Assembly (NCBI GenBank): GCA_032718475.1
Contig: JAUCBJ010006031.1
Span: 1-32,502 of the forward strand
Direction: 5' to 3'
From: Nemertoderma westbladi
Lineage: Eukaryota > Animalia > Xenacoelomorpha
Length of the DNA: 32,502 nucleotides
Part shown: piece by piece, positions 32,357 through 32,502 of the stretch
How the letters are laid out: each line of letters begins with the position of its first letter
How positions within the stretch are numbered: position 1 is the first letter of the stretch
The notes under the pieces: generated by a model
The model's database searches: none
What the model was told of the DNA's origin: nothing
Seen by the model: the letters and a program-made list of their open reading frames with translations, nothing else
Made by a program: the position numbers and the translations under genes

Positions 32357-32502
32357 GTGAGTAGGCTACAAAACAAAGACCCAAGACACAATTAAGTGAC
32401 CTGCAATCTTGTATTGTCTGATTGTAACATGTATTAACTTTCGTTTATTGTTTTGGTTCCCCCAACACGCCTCTGTAAGCTGTAACCTGCTCCTTTCAGC
32501 CT

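Overview
Eukaryotic (animal-like, AT-rich) genomic DNA with two intact single-ORF genes on the + strand: PTRHD1 (8351-8710) and a full-length bifunctional P5CS/ALDH18A1 (12839-15121). Most of the rest is transposon and tandem-repeat DNA, and many boundaries can be fixed by terminal inverted repeats (TIRs) and target-site duplications (TSDs). Best candidate for something new: a non-autonomous P-element-like TIR element (6209-8170, 8-bp TSD) carrying a captured, decayed ALDH3 coding fragment. It is nested in a related THAP/P-transposase remnant whose terminus lies 30 bp upstream of the PTRHD1 ATG. Also present: a three-level nest (hAT > hAT > Mutator/Foldback, 28472-31771), an RTE-type LINE split by a 5.6-kb TIR element loaded with a 42-bp Pro/Thr/Ser-coding-like satellite, a Kolobok-like MITE with a long internal hairpin, a BEL/Pao remnant, several minisatellites, and signs of a palindrome-generating small-insertion process. 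All family calls are motif recognition by eye; no searches were run and the organism cannot be determined.
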